Shown here: positions 1 through 11,840 of the stretch, piece after piece
Position numbering within the stretch: position 1 is the first letter of the stretch
Layout: every line of letters starts with the position of its first letter
Assembly: GCA_050575255.1 (NCBI GenBank)
Contig: JBNZDD010013729.1
Coordinates: forward strand, 610,591-674,395
Source: Harriotta raleighana
Lineage: Eukaryota
Direction of reading: 5' to 3'
DNA: 63,805 nt
Notes under the pieces: model-generated
The model's input: the letters and a program-made list of their open reading frames with translations, nothing else
Told to the model about the DNA's origin: nothing
Database searches by the model: none
Program-made: the position numbers and the translations under genes

Positions 1-249
1 GCATGATGGGCAGCAAGATTATCAGGCGTTGAATAATCAGTTTGCTGTTTGAAACTCCCAGACAGGAATTTCAATCTTTTGCACTTACGACACGCTGGGA
101 AAGGTTTGTGTGTGGTGGTGGGGGAGGGAGAGGGAGGGGGAGGGAAAGGGGGGGGTTGCTTATTCTTTAATTACCAGTGATGTAAGGAACTTAGTGGGTG
201 AGCACATCTGATTGTCGGCCAGTCAGTAAATCTACTGATCTCATCAGTG

Positions 250-560
250 CGAGCCTCTTATGGGTACATTACAAGTGTGCTTGCTCACCTCCCTCAGGCA
301 GCTGTGTACGCAGAACAACTTTGCTGGAGGAGTGTTAATGATGGGCGCACTACGATCGTACAGTACGATTGTTGTACTGCGCTTTCAAATGTGACCTGGC
401 CTAGGAATCACCCAAATAAGATCGATCGCTCTCTCCACGTTTGTCGAGACATTGCTGTGCGTAAACTGGCTCAAACAACTACAGCACACAGTCACTCTAT
501 TTTACAGTACATTCTGTGAAGCGTTTAAACATCTCAGTGTGATAAAGTGCTATAAGTTTA
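250..560 (+). mobile_element. Old DeuSINE-type (SacSINE1/AmnSINE1-like) SINE fragment with L2-type tail
   Basis: GACATTGCTGTGCGTAAACTGGCT core and CTGTGAAGCGTTT...GATAAAGTGCTATAA tail; family assignment from recalled consensus. Confidence 0.6.
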
Positions 561-563
561 TAT

Positions 564-950
564 GTGGAGTCCTGTAGCTCAGTGGTTAGAGCACTCATTC
601 GCCTTACAAGCCTGAGACCTGTGTTCGAATCCAGGCAGGTCAGGGAGAAACCTTGGGCAAGTTTCCTTACTCCACACACACACACGCACGTGCCTAATAA
701 TAATCCCTTCAAAAATAAACCATAATAATAAAATTAGTCATTTTCAATCCACGACTGTTTGTGGGGGACGCTGCTGTGCGCAATTAGCTGCAAAGTTTCA
801 CCCACAAATATGCAGTCAATTCACTTTACAGTATATTCTGTGAAGCGCTTTGAGACGTCGAGAAGATGTAAAAAGCACCAGATCAAAATTCAAGGATTAT
901 TATTATATTATTAGTAGTACTGTATATCAAATGCAAGGATTATTATTATA
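564..950 (+). mobile_element. Full-length young tRNA-derived SINE (dominant family in this window)
   Basis: tRNA head with A box (TAGCTCAGTGG) and B box (GTTCGAATCC), internal (CA)n, Deu-like core GCTGCTGTGCGCAATT(A/G)GCTGC, L2-type tail GAAGCGCTTTGAGACGTC...AAGGATTATTATT; tail locally duplicated at 923-950. Confidence 0.92.
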
Positions 951-2369
951 TTTCCAACAGGACTGAATGAATGATAATTAAGGGGCTGAAAGACCTGTAC
1001 TCGTGTAAATTAACTTGTTCGAAATTTCAGTCGACAGGAACGGGATTTTCTCCCTTCCCTGACTACTTGAAAGCCGTAGAGAAATATTCCACAGCACTTG
1101 CAGACGTCATGCAACGTAGATCACCTTTGTGGGTTTAATAGTAAATGCACAGCCAGCATACATTCTGGTCCCGGGATTCTACCTTGTTGTGTTAGCTCAT
1201 CTCTCACTCCTCGCTCTGGAAAGTGTGCTCGAGTGCCAAGAAAGATGGCCCAGAGGGCCTGTTATGTTCTCTCTGATTCAATTGTCTGGCAACAATCCTT
1301 ACATTGTGATAATAGCTCCTCATCATGTCTTCTATGCGTCTCAAAAAAATATAACATAAAAGTCAATTGACTGTGTATTTTGTGAGCGAAACCGCGCACA
1401 GCTGTGTCCTACAAAGAAAATAATAATGATTTGGTCATTCCATCTACGACATGCGGATGGAGTGACCAAATGAGGGGGTAGGGGGGAGTTGGGATTATGA
1501 TCTCCCACCCATCGACTAACCACCTCTACTGTCGATCATAAAGACTGCTCGTTTGCGAGAAGCAGTAGCAGGCCCTTATGGAATTATACCTCCCCCCCCC
1601 CTACCCACCCCCCTCACCCCCGCCCCAAAATAGAGCCAGTCCACGACAGGAGAGGAAGGGAGGAAAATCAGAAGGAGAAAGAAAAACAAGTCCCATGTTG
1701 TTGTACCTCACGTAATATTTCATCGAAACCTGCAGACTTTCCCCGACACAAAGGAGCATGTTTTTCATTAACGTTGCATTAAAAGGAGTTCCAGTTTCCA
1801 TTCCTTCTCGAGTGTGTTTGTTGTGAAGCCAGCTCCGACTACTGTATTACTTACTCCTGATACGGACATGTTATGTTTGTCTCCGCTTAAGGGTTAATCT
1901 CTTCGAACTTCGACAAGGTCATGGTGTTTTCAAACGTTTCCTGTTTGAAGTTTATGTGTGTGAGTCCTTTCTTCCACAGACTATCAGTTACAGGTCATTT
2001 AAAATCCTTTCATCTTCATAATGAAAGTAGGTCTCGGTCTCTCATGGCTTGAGTGTATGAAAGTACCTAAATTTTCACTTTAAAATGTTTTTTTTTGAAA
2101 AATCTATAAACTAGATAGTAACTCTTACATTATTATTAGTATCTAAAAATTCTTGCAGTGTATATGAGGCTTTTTTTTCCTGGGATGTCTCAACTTTTGG
2201 CAGTTGATAAGCCATATTCTGTCTGACATGGTACATTTCTAACCCCATCCGCGCTCCCCCCACCTCCCCACCCCCCTCTCCCTCCCTCCCGCACGAACAA
2301 AAAACGCAGGTTTCAAAAGCTCAAGTTAACATAGACACTTTGCAGGTTGGGAATGCACAGACACACAGA

Positions 2370-2545
2370 GGAGGCCTCGGGTTTGAGTCCTGCTTTGTGC
2401 TGGCTTTAGCAAATCCCAGTTCAAGTCAGGCATCAGGGGCTACCAATTGATCTCAGTGTCGTAAAGGTGTGAAGTCACCAAGGCTCCAACAACTCACCAT
2501 CACCCAGTGACCCCCCAACTCCCAACTCCCATCCCTGGAAAGTAT
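2370..2545 (+). mobile_element. Ancient AmnSINE2-like SINE fragment
   Basis: GGGGCTACCAATTGATCTCAGTG...CCCAGTGACCCC...CTGGAAAGT resembles other copies at 10930, 57280 and 58476. Confidence 0.45.
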
Positions 2546-3203
2546 CGTACTCAGTTCCTGGATCATCAAGGCATCTCAAAACACTTCATAGTATTTCACT
2601 GTAAAATCAGGTGGCTTATTTCGTATGCAAAAAGCACAAAACAAAACATTACATTTGTGGGGGAACTCCCTGCTCTCTGAAATAGTACCCTGGGAACATT
2701 TACCATCAGCACATGAACAGAGAGACAAGATCTCATCCGAACGACAGCACCTCAGGCAATGAAACAACCCAGAACACTGCATTGGTGGTTCAACCTAGAC
2801 TGTATAAGTTCCTAGGCCTGACAAAAAATGGACAGTGGTTAGAGTAATCCATTCAGCTCAGTTGTAATGTTCTCCTGGGGTCAGACACTCTGCCAAAGCC
2901 TCATCCCCTTGAGATGAACGCAAGGAGTAGAGACTTGGGCGAGATACAAGAAAGTGACTAAACACGAATCAAACTGTCCCACAGGAAGACTGCGCCTTTG
3001 GGACAGAAAGGTGGAACTTTGGAAAATGTGGCATCGCGAGCGAGCTCCACAGTGGTTTTAACTGATAATAGATTTGAAAAAAAAAAACGTTTAAAAACAG
3101 ACGCCAGGCAATACTATGCTTCACAAGTGACTTGAAGACACCACAGACCGAGTGAAGGAAATTCAACCAGTCGTTAGGGTTAGGGAATCACATTGTTTTC
3201 AAC

Positions 3204-3567
3204 CAGTGGTTCCCAACCATTTTTTGCTGCGACCGAATTAGCCACCAACAGGTGCTCCCGACCCTTACTGGGGGGTGGGGGGTGGGGGGTGGGGGGGGCG
3301 ACATCGCGAGTGAAGCTCAGCTCAGCTAAGATGATATCTCTGTCTCTTTCGTGGACTCAGCGCAACTCGCTAGTACGNACCCCCCTCTCCCTCCCTCCCG
3401 CACGAACAAAAAACGCAGGTTTCAAAAGCTCAAGTTAACATAGACACTTTGCAGGTTGGGAATGCACAGACACACAGAGGAGGCCTCGGNGCATTCCAAA
3501 AAAATATATATTCCGATGACCCTTCACGACCCCGATTTGGGCCGGGACCCGAGGCTGGGAACCACTA
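3204..3567. mobile_element. hAT (Charlie-like) MITE, interrupted by a misassembled 111-bp block
   Basis: TIRs CAGTGGTTCCCAACC (3204-3218) and GGCTGGGAACCACTA (3553-3567); degenerate 8-bp flanks TTTTCAAC / TTTCAAAG. Confidence 0.75.
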
Positions 3568-3903
3568 TTTCAAAGGAATTCCCAGTTGTGGAATCGATCC
3601 CATTCGGGAACATCAAAGGCGCAATCCATTCGAAACCCCAATAACTCCACCGCCTGGCGATTAGCGGTGGCAGTTCATTCCACTTATCTTTGCTTTCACA
3701 AAAATCTGATTAGCTATTTATCAACCATCTCAGCATACGTTTCCCCCCCACATCTAAGTGAGTTTTTTTTTTTTTTTGCAACCCAGCTAATCGTGCCAGT
3801 AAAAAAAAAAGCATGTGGCGGACTTAAAATAGTTACCAGCCCCATTAAGCACACTAACAACCATGACATTTACATTCAATACAGCAATTAGATATCTTTC
3901 AAT

Positions 3904-4329
3904 TTATTTACTTTTTGGATGAATTTTATGCTGCTGGGGACAAAATGGAGCACATTCTCTCTTCCTGTGGCTGGATCCAGTGTAAAGCTCTCTTCCTTCA
4001 AACCACCAACAAATGTCAAGCAACCTTAACCTCAGAATAGACTGGACTGGATGGGCCTCGGTATTCTTCCACGAGCAATTCTTTTGTTCCTTGCCCCCTT
4101 TGCTCATATCGAAGAGGAACTGCCTTGAATTCCATCCTCTGGGGGATGGGGAGCCAATGGGAACCGGGCGAGGGTGAGAGGGATCGGGTCGCGGAGCCTG
4201 GTGCACGGAGAGGACACGAGCTGCAGAGCTTTTGGATGATCTGCGGCTTGTGAGGGGAAGGGCTGGGAAGGCCGAGGAGGAGGGAGTTTCCATCGTCGAG
4301 CCTTGATGTGACGAATGCACGGGCGACAT
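3904..4329 (-). CDS. Candidate first coding exon or short ORF (141 aa, Ser/Pro-rich N-terminus) of an unidentified gene
   Basis: Strong acceptor (ttttttattctcttctttag|C) opens an exon at 4388; ATG at 4329; possible donor CTGAG|gttaag at 4031; no recognisable homology. Confidence 0.4.
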   Translation of the reverse strand: MSPVHSSHQGSTMETPSSSAFPALPLTSRRSSKSSAARVLSVHQAPRPDPSHPRPVPIGSPSPRGWNSRQFLFDMSKGGKEQKNCSWKNTEAHPVQSILRLRLLDICWWFEGRELYTGSSHRKRECAPFCPQQHKIHPKSK

Positions 4330-4919
4330 CTTACATCTTTGATATAAATCCTTAGTAACTTAGCAAGTTGTTAGCATTGGACAAGCAGCTAAAGAAGAGA
4401 ATAAAAAATGTATATTGTCGAGCTTTCCTAAACTTGCTGCAGCTAATATGCTAAAATAAGAATGGTATATTACTGGTGTACCACAACTATACCAGTATGA
4501 CCTTTGCTTCAACTTGAATCATGGCTTGTGGGGAGGGGAAAAAAAATACTTTCCGTTCATCTGGAGTTGGTGGTGGCAAAATCCACGTTACTAAACGTCC
4601 GGTTTACTAATTTGCAAATGTGTTGCTCACTCACTACTCCCATCTCCCCCCCTCTCCAATATCGTGCTTCCTGACATCCACAAGGTGCTTTCCATTGGCA
4701 TAGGTAAAATGTACTGCAATATCCCCAGTTGTCCCCAAGAGCATCGTGCTTCACTGTGAGTAAGGCAGCAATCCAAAACAGCAAGACAGAAGCAGAGGAT
4801 CAAAATATAGCAGCCACCCTACAATAAAGATTCTGGATGTGAGAAGGCCATTGAATTTCAACCCAGCACTGTGAGGTCTCGTCATTTCGCCCACAAATAT
4901 ACAGTCATTTTTTCCTACT

Positions 4920-5020
4920 ACTTTCCCTGAGCGCTCCCCCCATACTTGGCTGTACAGCGCTTTGGGACGTCCTCCCGACGTGAAAGGCGCTTTATAAATA
5001 AAATTTTGATTGATTTTGAT
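4920..5020 (+). mobile_element. L2 LINE 3' tail inserted in a SINE tail (SINE 4880-5100)
   Basis: CAGCGCTTTGGGACGTCCTCCCGACGTGAAAGGCGCTTTATAAAT followed by (TTGA)n-like tail. Confidence 0.7.
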
Positions 5021-5531
5021 GATTCACAGTATATTCTGCGAAGCATTTCGAGATGCCTCAATGAAGTGATAATCTCTCCATGTGGAAACGCAAGGATGAT
5101 TATCAACCTAAACCCCAAACACGCAGTCTCAGCCTGCAGACCACAGTTGTCGAATCGAAGATCGCGTAGTTTGGGAAAATTCTTCTTTTTTTTAAAAAAA
5201 AAAACAATCTTAATTTTGAAACGGGTTTTCCACGGGTCCTTTTTGAGTTCGAATCAAGACTGAATTTAAGACGTTTCCAAAATCCTGCACTCTTAAACAC
5301 GTTATTAAGACAATGATGTTTGAGGCTCGGATGACAGGGTGTTATCTGGCCTATAGTATCCGGTTGCTTTTGAAAGTCTTTTCCCTTTAAACTATCCGTC
5401 TGGCGGATCGCTCCAGACACATCCCTCCGAAATAATGTGCTACCTGATATCTGTTAACTATTCCCTGTTAATTGAAGTTCATGTCCCCCCTTTTTTTTTT
5501 CTTCTTAATGATTGGTTTCCATCAGGCTTAC

Positions 5532-5687
5532 CCTGTCTGTACCTCAAATGAGTAATAAGGTGACAGAGGACGCGATCCGGAACAATGAACAGCGAGCCTG
5601 AGGATGTACCTTATCGGCTCCCGGGTTGTTGAAAAATAAACAGTTACAAAGATCCGAGCCCTCAACTCGCTCCGCGGCAAAAGGACC
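5532..5687 (-). other. Candidate 5'UTR exon (156 nt, no ATG) in a CpG-richer segment
   Basis: Acceptor gtttgtttttctctctctgattatatacattcag|G and donor CAGG|gtaagc. Confidence 0.5.
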
Positions 5688-6459
5688 CTGAATGTATATA
5701 ATCAGAGAGAGAAAAACAAACACATGTGGCCAAGATTGAGGAACGGTTCGCAGCCCAAAGCCCAGAAACTGAACACTGATGAAAACCAGAAGCGGCCCAC
5801 AGCTCGTGATCACAAGCCTCCGAGAGCAAGCGGAAGGCTCCAATGTGCTAACAGTTTGGACAGGGGCTGGATTCCTGTGCTTATTCCCCAGGAGGGAGAA
5901 TGAACAAATCCTTCGCTGTGTATGACTCATGTAATCCCCTGGAACCCCATCTTGAAACCAGCTACACAGACCCCTTGATAGTTTCCTTCCATGTTAAAAC
6001 GTACCGTTGGAGAGAGAGAGAGAGAAAATAACTGGCCTCTAAATCTTTACATGTACGTAGTTCCTTCATACACGTTTGATTCACAATCCTGATGCTGCTG
6101 CCAGGATTGCCAATAAGATTCATCATTACTGCTGTTGATCTCACTCTCTCTCTGTGTTCAATGGATCATTCAACAATGAGCTTCTGTGCGCTTTTGCTGG
6201 GATTTCCCCACTGTGCTCAGAAACACCGATCTGTCCTTCGTAATGCAATCCATCAGTATTTGCTGGTCAGCAATCAGGAGCCAGAACCCTGGATGATTTC
6301 CCCCCCCACCAGCCCACCCCCCCCACCACCTCTCTTGCCTGAGTGTGCTCAAGCCAATGTTAAGATCAACAAACTCTGTAAACACATCAACACATCAAGG
6401 TATTAAAAAGATAATTTCTCTATTCACCTCCCCCCCACCCCCCACCCACCCCCACTGTC

Positions 6460-6720
6460 TCCATCAAGAATTCACTGGTCAGGTGAGATGCGAAGGTCCC
6501 TGCTGCCTGCTCAGCTGGACATTAAAGATCCCATGTTACAATTTGAAAAGAGAGGGGAATTTCTTCCCAAAAAGCCGCCCTCCCTCCCTCCCACCCCAAA
6601 ATTCACTTTATAGTCTTTTGCTGGATGTTGCTGCTGCCTTTGCCCACAAGATAGTCACTGCTCTTTATAACATCCTGTGATGTACTTTAGGACTAACACC
6701 GTCCTGATGTAAAAGGCAAA
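6460..6720 (+). mobile_element. SacSINE1/AmnSINE1-like DeuSINE fragment
   Basis: GGTCCCTGCTGCCTGCTCAGCTGGACATTAAAGATCCCATG...GAAAAGAGAGGGGAATTTCT Deu-domain motif. Confidence 0.65.
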
Positions 6721-8004
6721 GGGCATACAATTGTAACAATCGTATCGTATTATTAACCTGGAAAGTTGACTGTAAAATAATTCCTCGCTCCACTCTTTCT
6801 TTCCTTGTCCGCGATTACAAGCTATTAAACTCAAGGTTTAGCTCGTATTTGCTTCGTTTCTTGTTGATCTTCCTGGTTTCACTGCGCGCTCTGGGACTCG
6901 ATCCTTGATCGAGGTTTCCCAATGCCAGCGGTTCGAGTCAGCGTCTTCACAAAAGAGGATGATAATAACAACAAAAAATAATTTTGGAAAGCGAGTGGTG
7001 GAGGGAAACGAGTCTCGGTTTACAATGATACATAGGTCTACATTTTGAACAAAGATAAACAAGTCCAATAAAAAGTTCTAAGAAGACAGCTGATATGTCA
7101 CAGTACAGTCTGCAGTGAACCAAGAGGGAATGGAAAATGCCCTAATTGAACGAATGGTGTTTCCTATTTCAAGGCCATGTCCATTGCCTAATATTGATTT
7201 ATAACGAATGTTGACTGCAGATATTCAACTTGGGAAAGATCACTTAGTACTGGATTTCATGGCCGGATTATATAGAGAGAAAAAAAAAGTTACAGACAGT
7301 TAAAGCATTAGGCACAGCTGACAAACGGCGTCCCAGAATCACTATCAAATAAAAGCTAATATTATTTCAGCTGCTTCGGTTTCAGACAAGTTCATTAGGC
7401 TAACACACGTCGCGTCGTTTGTATACGAGACTGAGTTCCTCTACAAACTGCTCGGTGCATTCTAGATTATAGGAATGGAAAGGCACTGAAGCAAATTTAA
7501 TTGAACAAAAAATTCTCTGATGCATTTCTTTGTTCCCCCCACCCCACCCGCCCCCATCTTGACACAAGTACATCCACCATTACCTAACTTTCTTCCATAT
7601 TTGTTTTAAAAGAACATCGAAGTCATTGATCTCAATACGACATGAAGGAAACTGAAATCATGTTTTGTATTATGTAAATGGTGGGTGGCTGAGTGGATGG
7701 GTGAGTGAGGGTTTGGGGAGGTAACGCAGTCATATTTTACCTAGATATAAGAGGTCATAAGAGGAAAAGGAAATAGAGAACTCCTTAGCATTGAGCAAAG
7801 CCAAACGCTTCTTAACTATTCACATGTAAAATGGTATTTCAGGCAAAATAAAAAAAATGCTCGACCAACTTTAATTTCTTCTCTCTGCTATGAAGGAGTT
7901 CTCCCACACTGGCCCGAGTTGCGAATGTGATACGTGGAGTGTGACCGATTCAGAGAATCCTGGGGTGCCCCAGTTTTGAAAGCGACAGCATTGTGGAATT
8001 ACTG

Positions 8005-8080
8005 AATAATAACAGTAGTAATAATCCTTGCATTTGGTATAGCGCTTTTCACATCTTATCGACGTCTCAAAGCGCTACAT
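8005..8080 (-). mobile_element. SINE 3' tail fragment
   Basis: ATAATCCTTGCATTTGGTATAGCGCTTTTCACATCTTATCGACGTCTCAAAGCGCT. Confidence 0.8.
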
Positions 8081-8429
8081 TTACTTAACTCACTGAACCT
8101 GGTGTGCGGTGGGGAATGGGGGTGCTAATTTTGTACTAGTTAAAAGGGCAGGACTGGGTAGGGGGGGTGGGAGGGAGAGGAAGATAATTCTACTGAATGA
8201 AAGAATGAATGGATACACCCTGAACGGATTAACATATGGTGAGGGCACCAGTAGCCTCGAGGGAAAGTTAATTCAAGACACAGAAAGTGATCCAGAATTC
8301 TGAAAATGTTACATACAGGATAGCCCTCCTCAGTTGGGAAAGTAACCGAGTAACAGAGCCATACACGCAATTAAGTCGTCCAGTTTGAACCCCAGTCTGT
8401 GCTACAGAGGTATAAAATCACAACAGTGC

Positions 8430-8750
8430 AGAGAGGAAACCAACGAGGATGATTCCCAGGAGCCCAGGAACAACAATCGAGACAAACTAGGGCTCCTCAG
8501 CCTTGAACAGACACATTTTAAATGAGATTAAGCGTAAGCCTGGAACAAGACATTAGAAAAAGAGGACACAGAGTTAAATTGCAGAGAACAGACAACAGGG
8601 AGTATTTCTTTACCCAGAGAACAGTTAACCACTGGAATAGTTTTCCAGGAAGGATTATGGAGGCCAGGGCACTGGATTCATTAAAAAAAGAACATCTTGT
8701 TGCTGTGATGGGTAGACAAATGGGCCAACCCAATCTTGTGATGCTTCACT
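8430..8750 (+). mobile_element. CR1 LINE ORF2 3'-end fragment
   Basis: Translation KRGHRVKL...REYFFTQRTVNHWNSFP..IMEARALDSLKK matches the CR1 ORF2 C-terminal motif RGHxxKL...FFxQRVVNxWNxLP. Confidence 0.85.
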
Positions 8751-9092
8751 CATACACCAGAACAGAAGACAGCGACCAAACCATCTACACATCTGAAAAG
8801 TGTGTTTCTAAAGAGAGAGCTTGTGCATGTGTATATGTGTGTGTGTGGTGAGGGGTTGGGAGGTCATGGAGGAGGAGGAGGAGGAGCAGGAAGAAAGAGA
8901 AATAAGAAGAAAGACATACANGAAGAGAGAGCTTGTGCGTGTGTATATGTGTGTGTGTGTGGTGAGGGGTTGGGAGGTCATGGAGGAGGAGGAGGAGCAG
9001 GAAGAAAGAGAAATAAGAAGAAAGACATACAACGCAAAAGGCAAGTCCCTCTGCTTCGGAATTCCTCAGGCCAGATCGGATCCCCTCCGTAC

Positions 9093-9300
9093 CTTCAAAA
9101 CAAACAAGTTAGAGCAGGAACAGGGAATCGTGGGATAGTGGATGCATTGCAGCTCGACAAACACAGACAGAACTCCAAAACCACTGTCTGCAGAGTACGG
9201 TTTCCAATTTCACACTGCATTTACTGTGGAAATGAATCAGAGCACTGTACAATCCAGGGAGGTCGTTCTCTGTTCCTCTCTCTCTCTCTCTCTCTCTCTC
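9093..9300 (-). other. Candidate first or upstream 5'UTR exon starting near a (GA)n tract
   Basis: Donor TTGAAG|gtacgg at 9093; unique non-repetitive sequence; (TC)n at ~9276-9300. Confidence 0.3.
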
Positions 9301-9654
9301 CCTCTGAAGAATGCTGGCGGGCTTCACGATAGCAAGTTTGTGGAGCTGTTAAAATGTTAGCGTTCGCGCTCTGAGAGCAGGCACATGTTGGCATCCCGTG
9401 CCAGTGATTGAAGACAGGAAGTTACTCAGTGCTAAGACACTGATAAGCGTGTGGATCCAGGGTCAGGGCAGTCATCTCAATACATCAGAATTGTATATAC
9501 AGTAGTTATTGCAGTCAGAGCAGAGGTCATATACATCTTTGTGGGGAAAGCTGCAGATCCCAGTGCAGTGGGTATGTGCAGTTGATGCCCCGTGCAAATT
9601 AACTCCTTTTAAATAAAAATACTGATCTGGCTGGGAACACTGTTGAAGGTTATA

Positions 9655-9895
9655 TAATAATAATAATAATAAATAATCCTTGCATTTGATACAACGCTTT
9701 TCACGTCTTCTAGACGTCTCAAAGCGCTTCACAGATTATACTGTAAGTGAGTTGACTGTACATTTGTGGGCGAAACGCGGCCGCCAATTTCACACAGCAG
9801 CGTCCCCCACAAACAGTCGTGGATTGAAATGACCAATTAATTATTTTTTTATATAGGGATTATTATTAGGTGTGTGGCGTAAGGAAACTTGCACA
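9655..9895 (-). mobile_element. Young SINE, 5'-truncated
   Basis: Reverse complement of tail, core and GTAAGGAAACTTG segment. Confidence 0.88.
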
Positions 9896-9943
9896 ACCAG
9901 CATGGCTTAGTATCAGGACTTGGAAAGATAGACCAATCACTGT

Positions 9944-9997
<54 letters not shown>
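9944..9997. repeat. 54-nt poly-G next to an N join (probable sequencing artefact)
   Basis: Uninterrupted G run ending just before the N at 10000. Confidence 0.85.
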
Positions 9998-10359
9998 CGN
10001 AGTTACAAATGAGGTCTTTTATTCACTATATCCTTCCCCTCTTAGTGGGACTGTGGACAGGTTTACAGCACGCAAGTTGTTTTTTCGGATGAAATTCTCT
10101 TGTTCCTCCAAAACTACCAATACACCATCCCGCATATTCTTTCTTCCACGTGCAGTGTTAAAAAAAAATGGCTTATCTTTCACTCAGACTCAATCTTTCC
10201 TTCCGACACACTGCTCTGGCCAGCTCAAGTTTACTTTCTGGTCATCAGGGTCAGGGACATTCAGACTCACTTCCATATTTTGGCATTAAAGCTCTCTGTG
10301 GATTACCGCTAGTACAGAGAGGTGCTAAAATGAATTTTATAAACGCACTATATTTAAAA

Positions 10360-10515
10360 AATTGGTCATTTTCAATCCAAGACTGCTTGTGGGGGAACGC
10401 CGCCGTGCGCAATTGGCTGCCACAAATTTACAGTCCACTCACTTTCAGGCACATTCTGTGAAGCGCTTTGAGACGTCGATAAGATATGAAAAGCGCAAGG
10501 GTTATTATTATTAGG
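10360..10515 (+). mobile_element. Young SINE, 3' half
   Basis: ATTGGTCATTTTCAATCC...GTGCGCAATTGGCTGCC...GAAGCGCTTTGAGACGTCGATAAG. Confidence 0.88.
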
Positions 10516-10929
10516 AATAAATACGGTACATAATCCATTCTCGTGGCCATTGCTGTTTAGTTTCCACTGTGTGAGCCAAACCCCCACGGCTGGGGGAAAA
10601 AAAACAGGTAACACTAACGAGTTCACGATGTAGGTGGACTACCCAGTTAGGAATTTAGCACTGCGACTCGGAATGTCGACCCTCTTCAGATCAAAGAGGT
10701 CCGGTTCGTGCAAATTAAAAGATTAAAGCTGGAGCCCCTCAATTTATCACTCGCTGAGCTAATGCTGCACTGCGCAGAAAACCAATTAAACCAGCCGCCG
10801 AAATCCATCAGCACACCTCAGTGTGTAGTGAGTGAGAGGAAACGCGACTGATCTCCTGAACAAGTACATGTCATTCCCACTTCGCTTTCCAGATGGGTTA
10901 GGGGCCCCAGCCAGGGCAGCGAAAGGCTT

Positions 10930-11075
10930 TGCAGAACAGAAGGTTAGGTCTTCAAATCCTGATGGTAAAGTAAGCTGATCAGTCAGGCAATAATTGGCCT
11001 TAGCACCCCTGCTGTGGGAGGGGGTGGACAGAATCAGCCAGTCCTCCTACTCCTTATGCAAAGACTCCTAGAGGA
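10930..11075 (+). mobile_element. Ancient AmnSINE2-like SINE fragment
   Basis: AGCTGATC...AATTGGCCTTAGCACCCCTG...GAATCAGCCAG. Confidence 0.5.
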
Positions 11076-11187
11076 ATAATAATAATAATACTATAAATAA
11101 TACAATATTAAGGTTTGTAAGCTTTGTAGAGTGAGAGCAAGGTAGAGTTTACCCGGAAGCCAATTTTCCAACTTTGGTATAGTACCC

Positions 11188-11492
11188 TATCGTTGAGACG
11201 TCACAAAGCGCTTCACAGAATATACTGTACAGTGGATCGACCATGTGTCTTGTGGGCAAAACACAGCAGCCAATTGCACGCAGCAGCGACCCCCACCCCC
11301 ACCACCCCCACCACAGTGGCGTGGGTTGAGTTGCCAAATTATTATTGTTTCCGAAGCGATTAATACCCTCGGAAAGCAATCTGCCAATCACCTCACAACC
11401 AGGTTCCTACTTCCTGCTGGGTAGATAAAGGAAGAACAAAACTCGCCGAAGATTTTGCCCTGAACAGGAATCAAACCCGGGTTCCTCTTGCC
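11188..11492 (-). mobile_element. Older SINE variant with an extra central segment
   Basis: Tail and core at 11188-11345; extra segment and tRNA B-box head at 11360-11492. Confidence 0.7.
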
Positions 11493-11519
11493 CGCTCCCA
11501 AAACATCTCAAACCTCTTT

Positions 11520-11840
11520 GCGGCATTTTTAACAGTGTACCAACCATTTGTTGGCGAACGCGGCAGATAAATCGCACGCAGTCACGTCGTACAAGTAGAG
11601 GAACGTGAGCCAGGTCACCGGGAGAAATACCACTCTCTTTTTCGAACAGTGCTCAGCCCCTCACTTCAACACTTCATCTGAAGGGTGTCGCTTCCAATAA
11701 TCAAGCGCCTGCTCTCGGACTGCATTGAAGTGTCAGCCTCGACTACGAATTCAAGCAACAACAGGACGAAAGTGGGGCTTGAACGCCACAACCTTCTAAC
11801 TCGCAGACAAGAGGGCTGCCCAAATGAGGTAGACTGCTGA
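11520..11840 (-). mobile_element. SacSINE1/AmnSINE1-like DeuSINE fragment
   Basis: Reverse strand shows GTGCGATTTATCTGCCGCG, CACTGTTCGAAAAAGAG and AGGTTGTGGCGTTCAAGCCCCACT head. Confidence 0.6.

Noticed and set aside
564-640. tRNA-like sequences here and at other SINE heads
   Set aside because: They are always attached to the SINE body and lack a proper acceptor stem, so they are not tRNA genes.
3379-3489. Exact 111-bp copy of 2270-2380, apparently captured inside the hAT MITE
   Set aside because: It is bounded on both sides by single Ns (3378, 3490), so it is most likely a scaffolding artefact rather than Pack-type capture.
8802-9332. 110-bp tandem duplication and the 176-aa Gly-rich and 105-aa Glu-rich ORFs
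   Set aside because: The duplication straddles the N at 8921 (overlapping contig ends or haplotypes), and the ORFs are microsatellite-derived.
9870-10289. Poly-Gly ORF and long G4-like poly-G
   Set aside because: The poly-G lies beside an N join, typical of a sequencing artefact.
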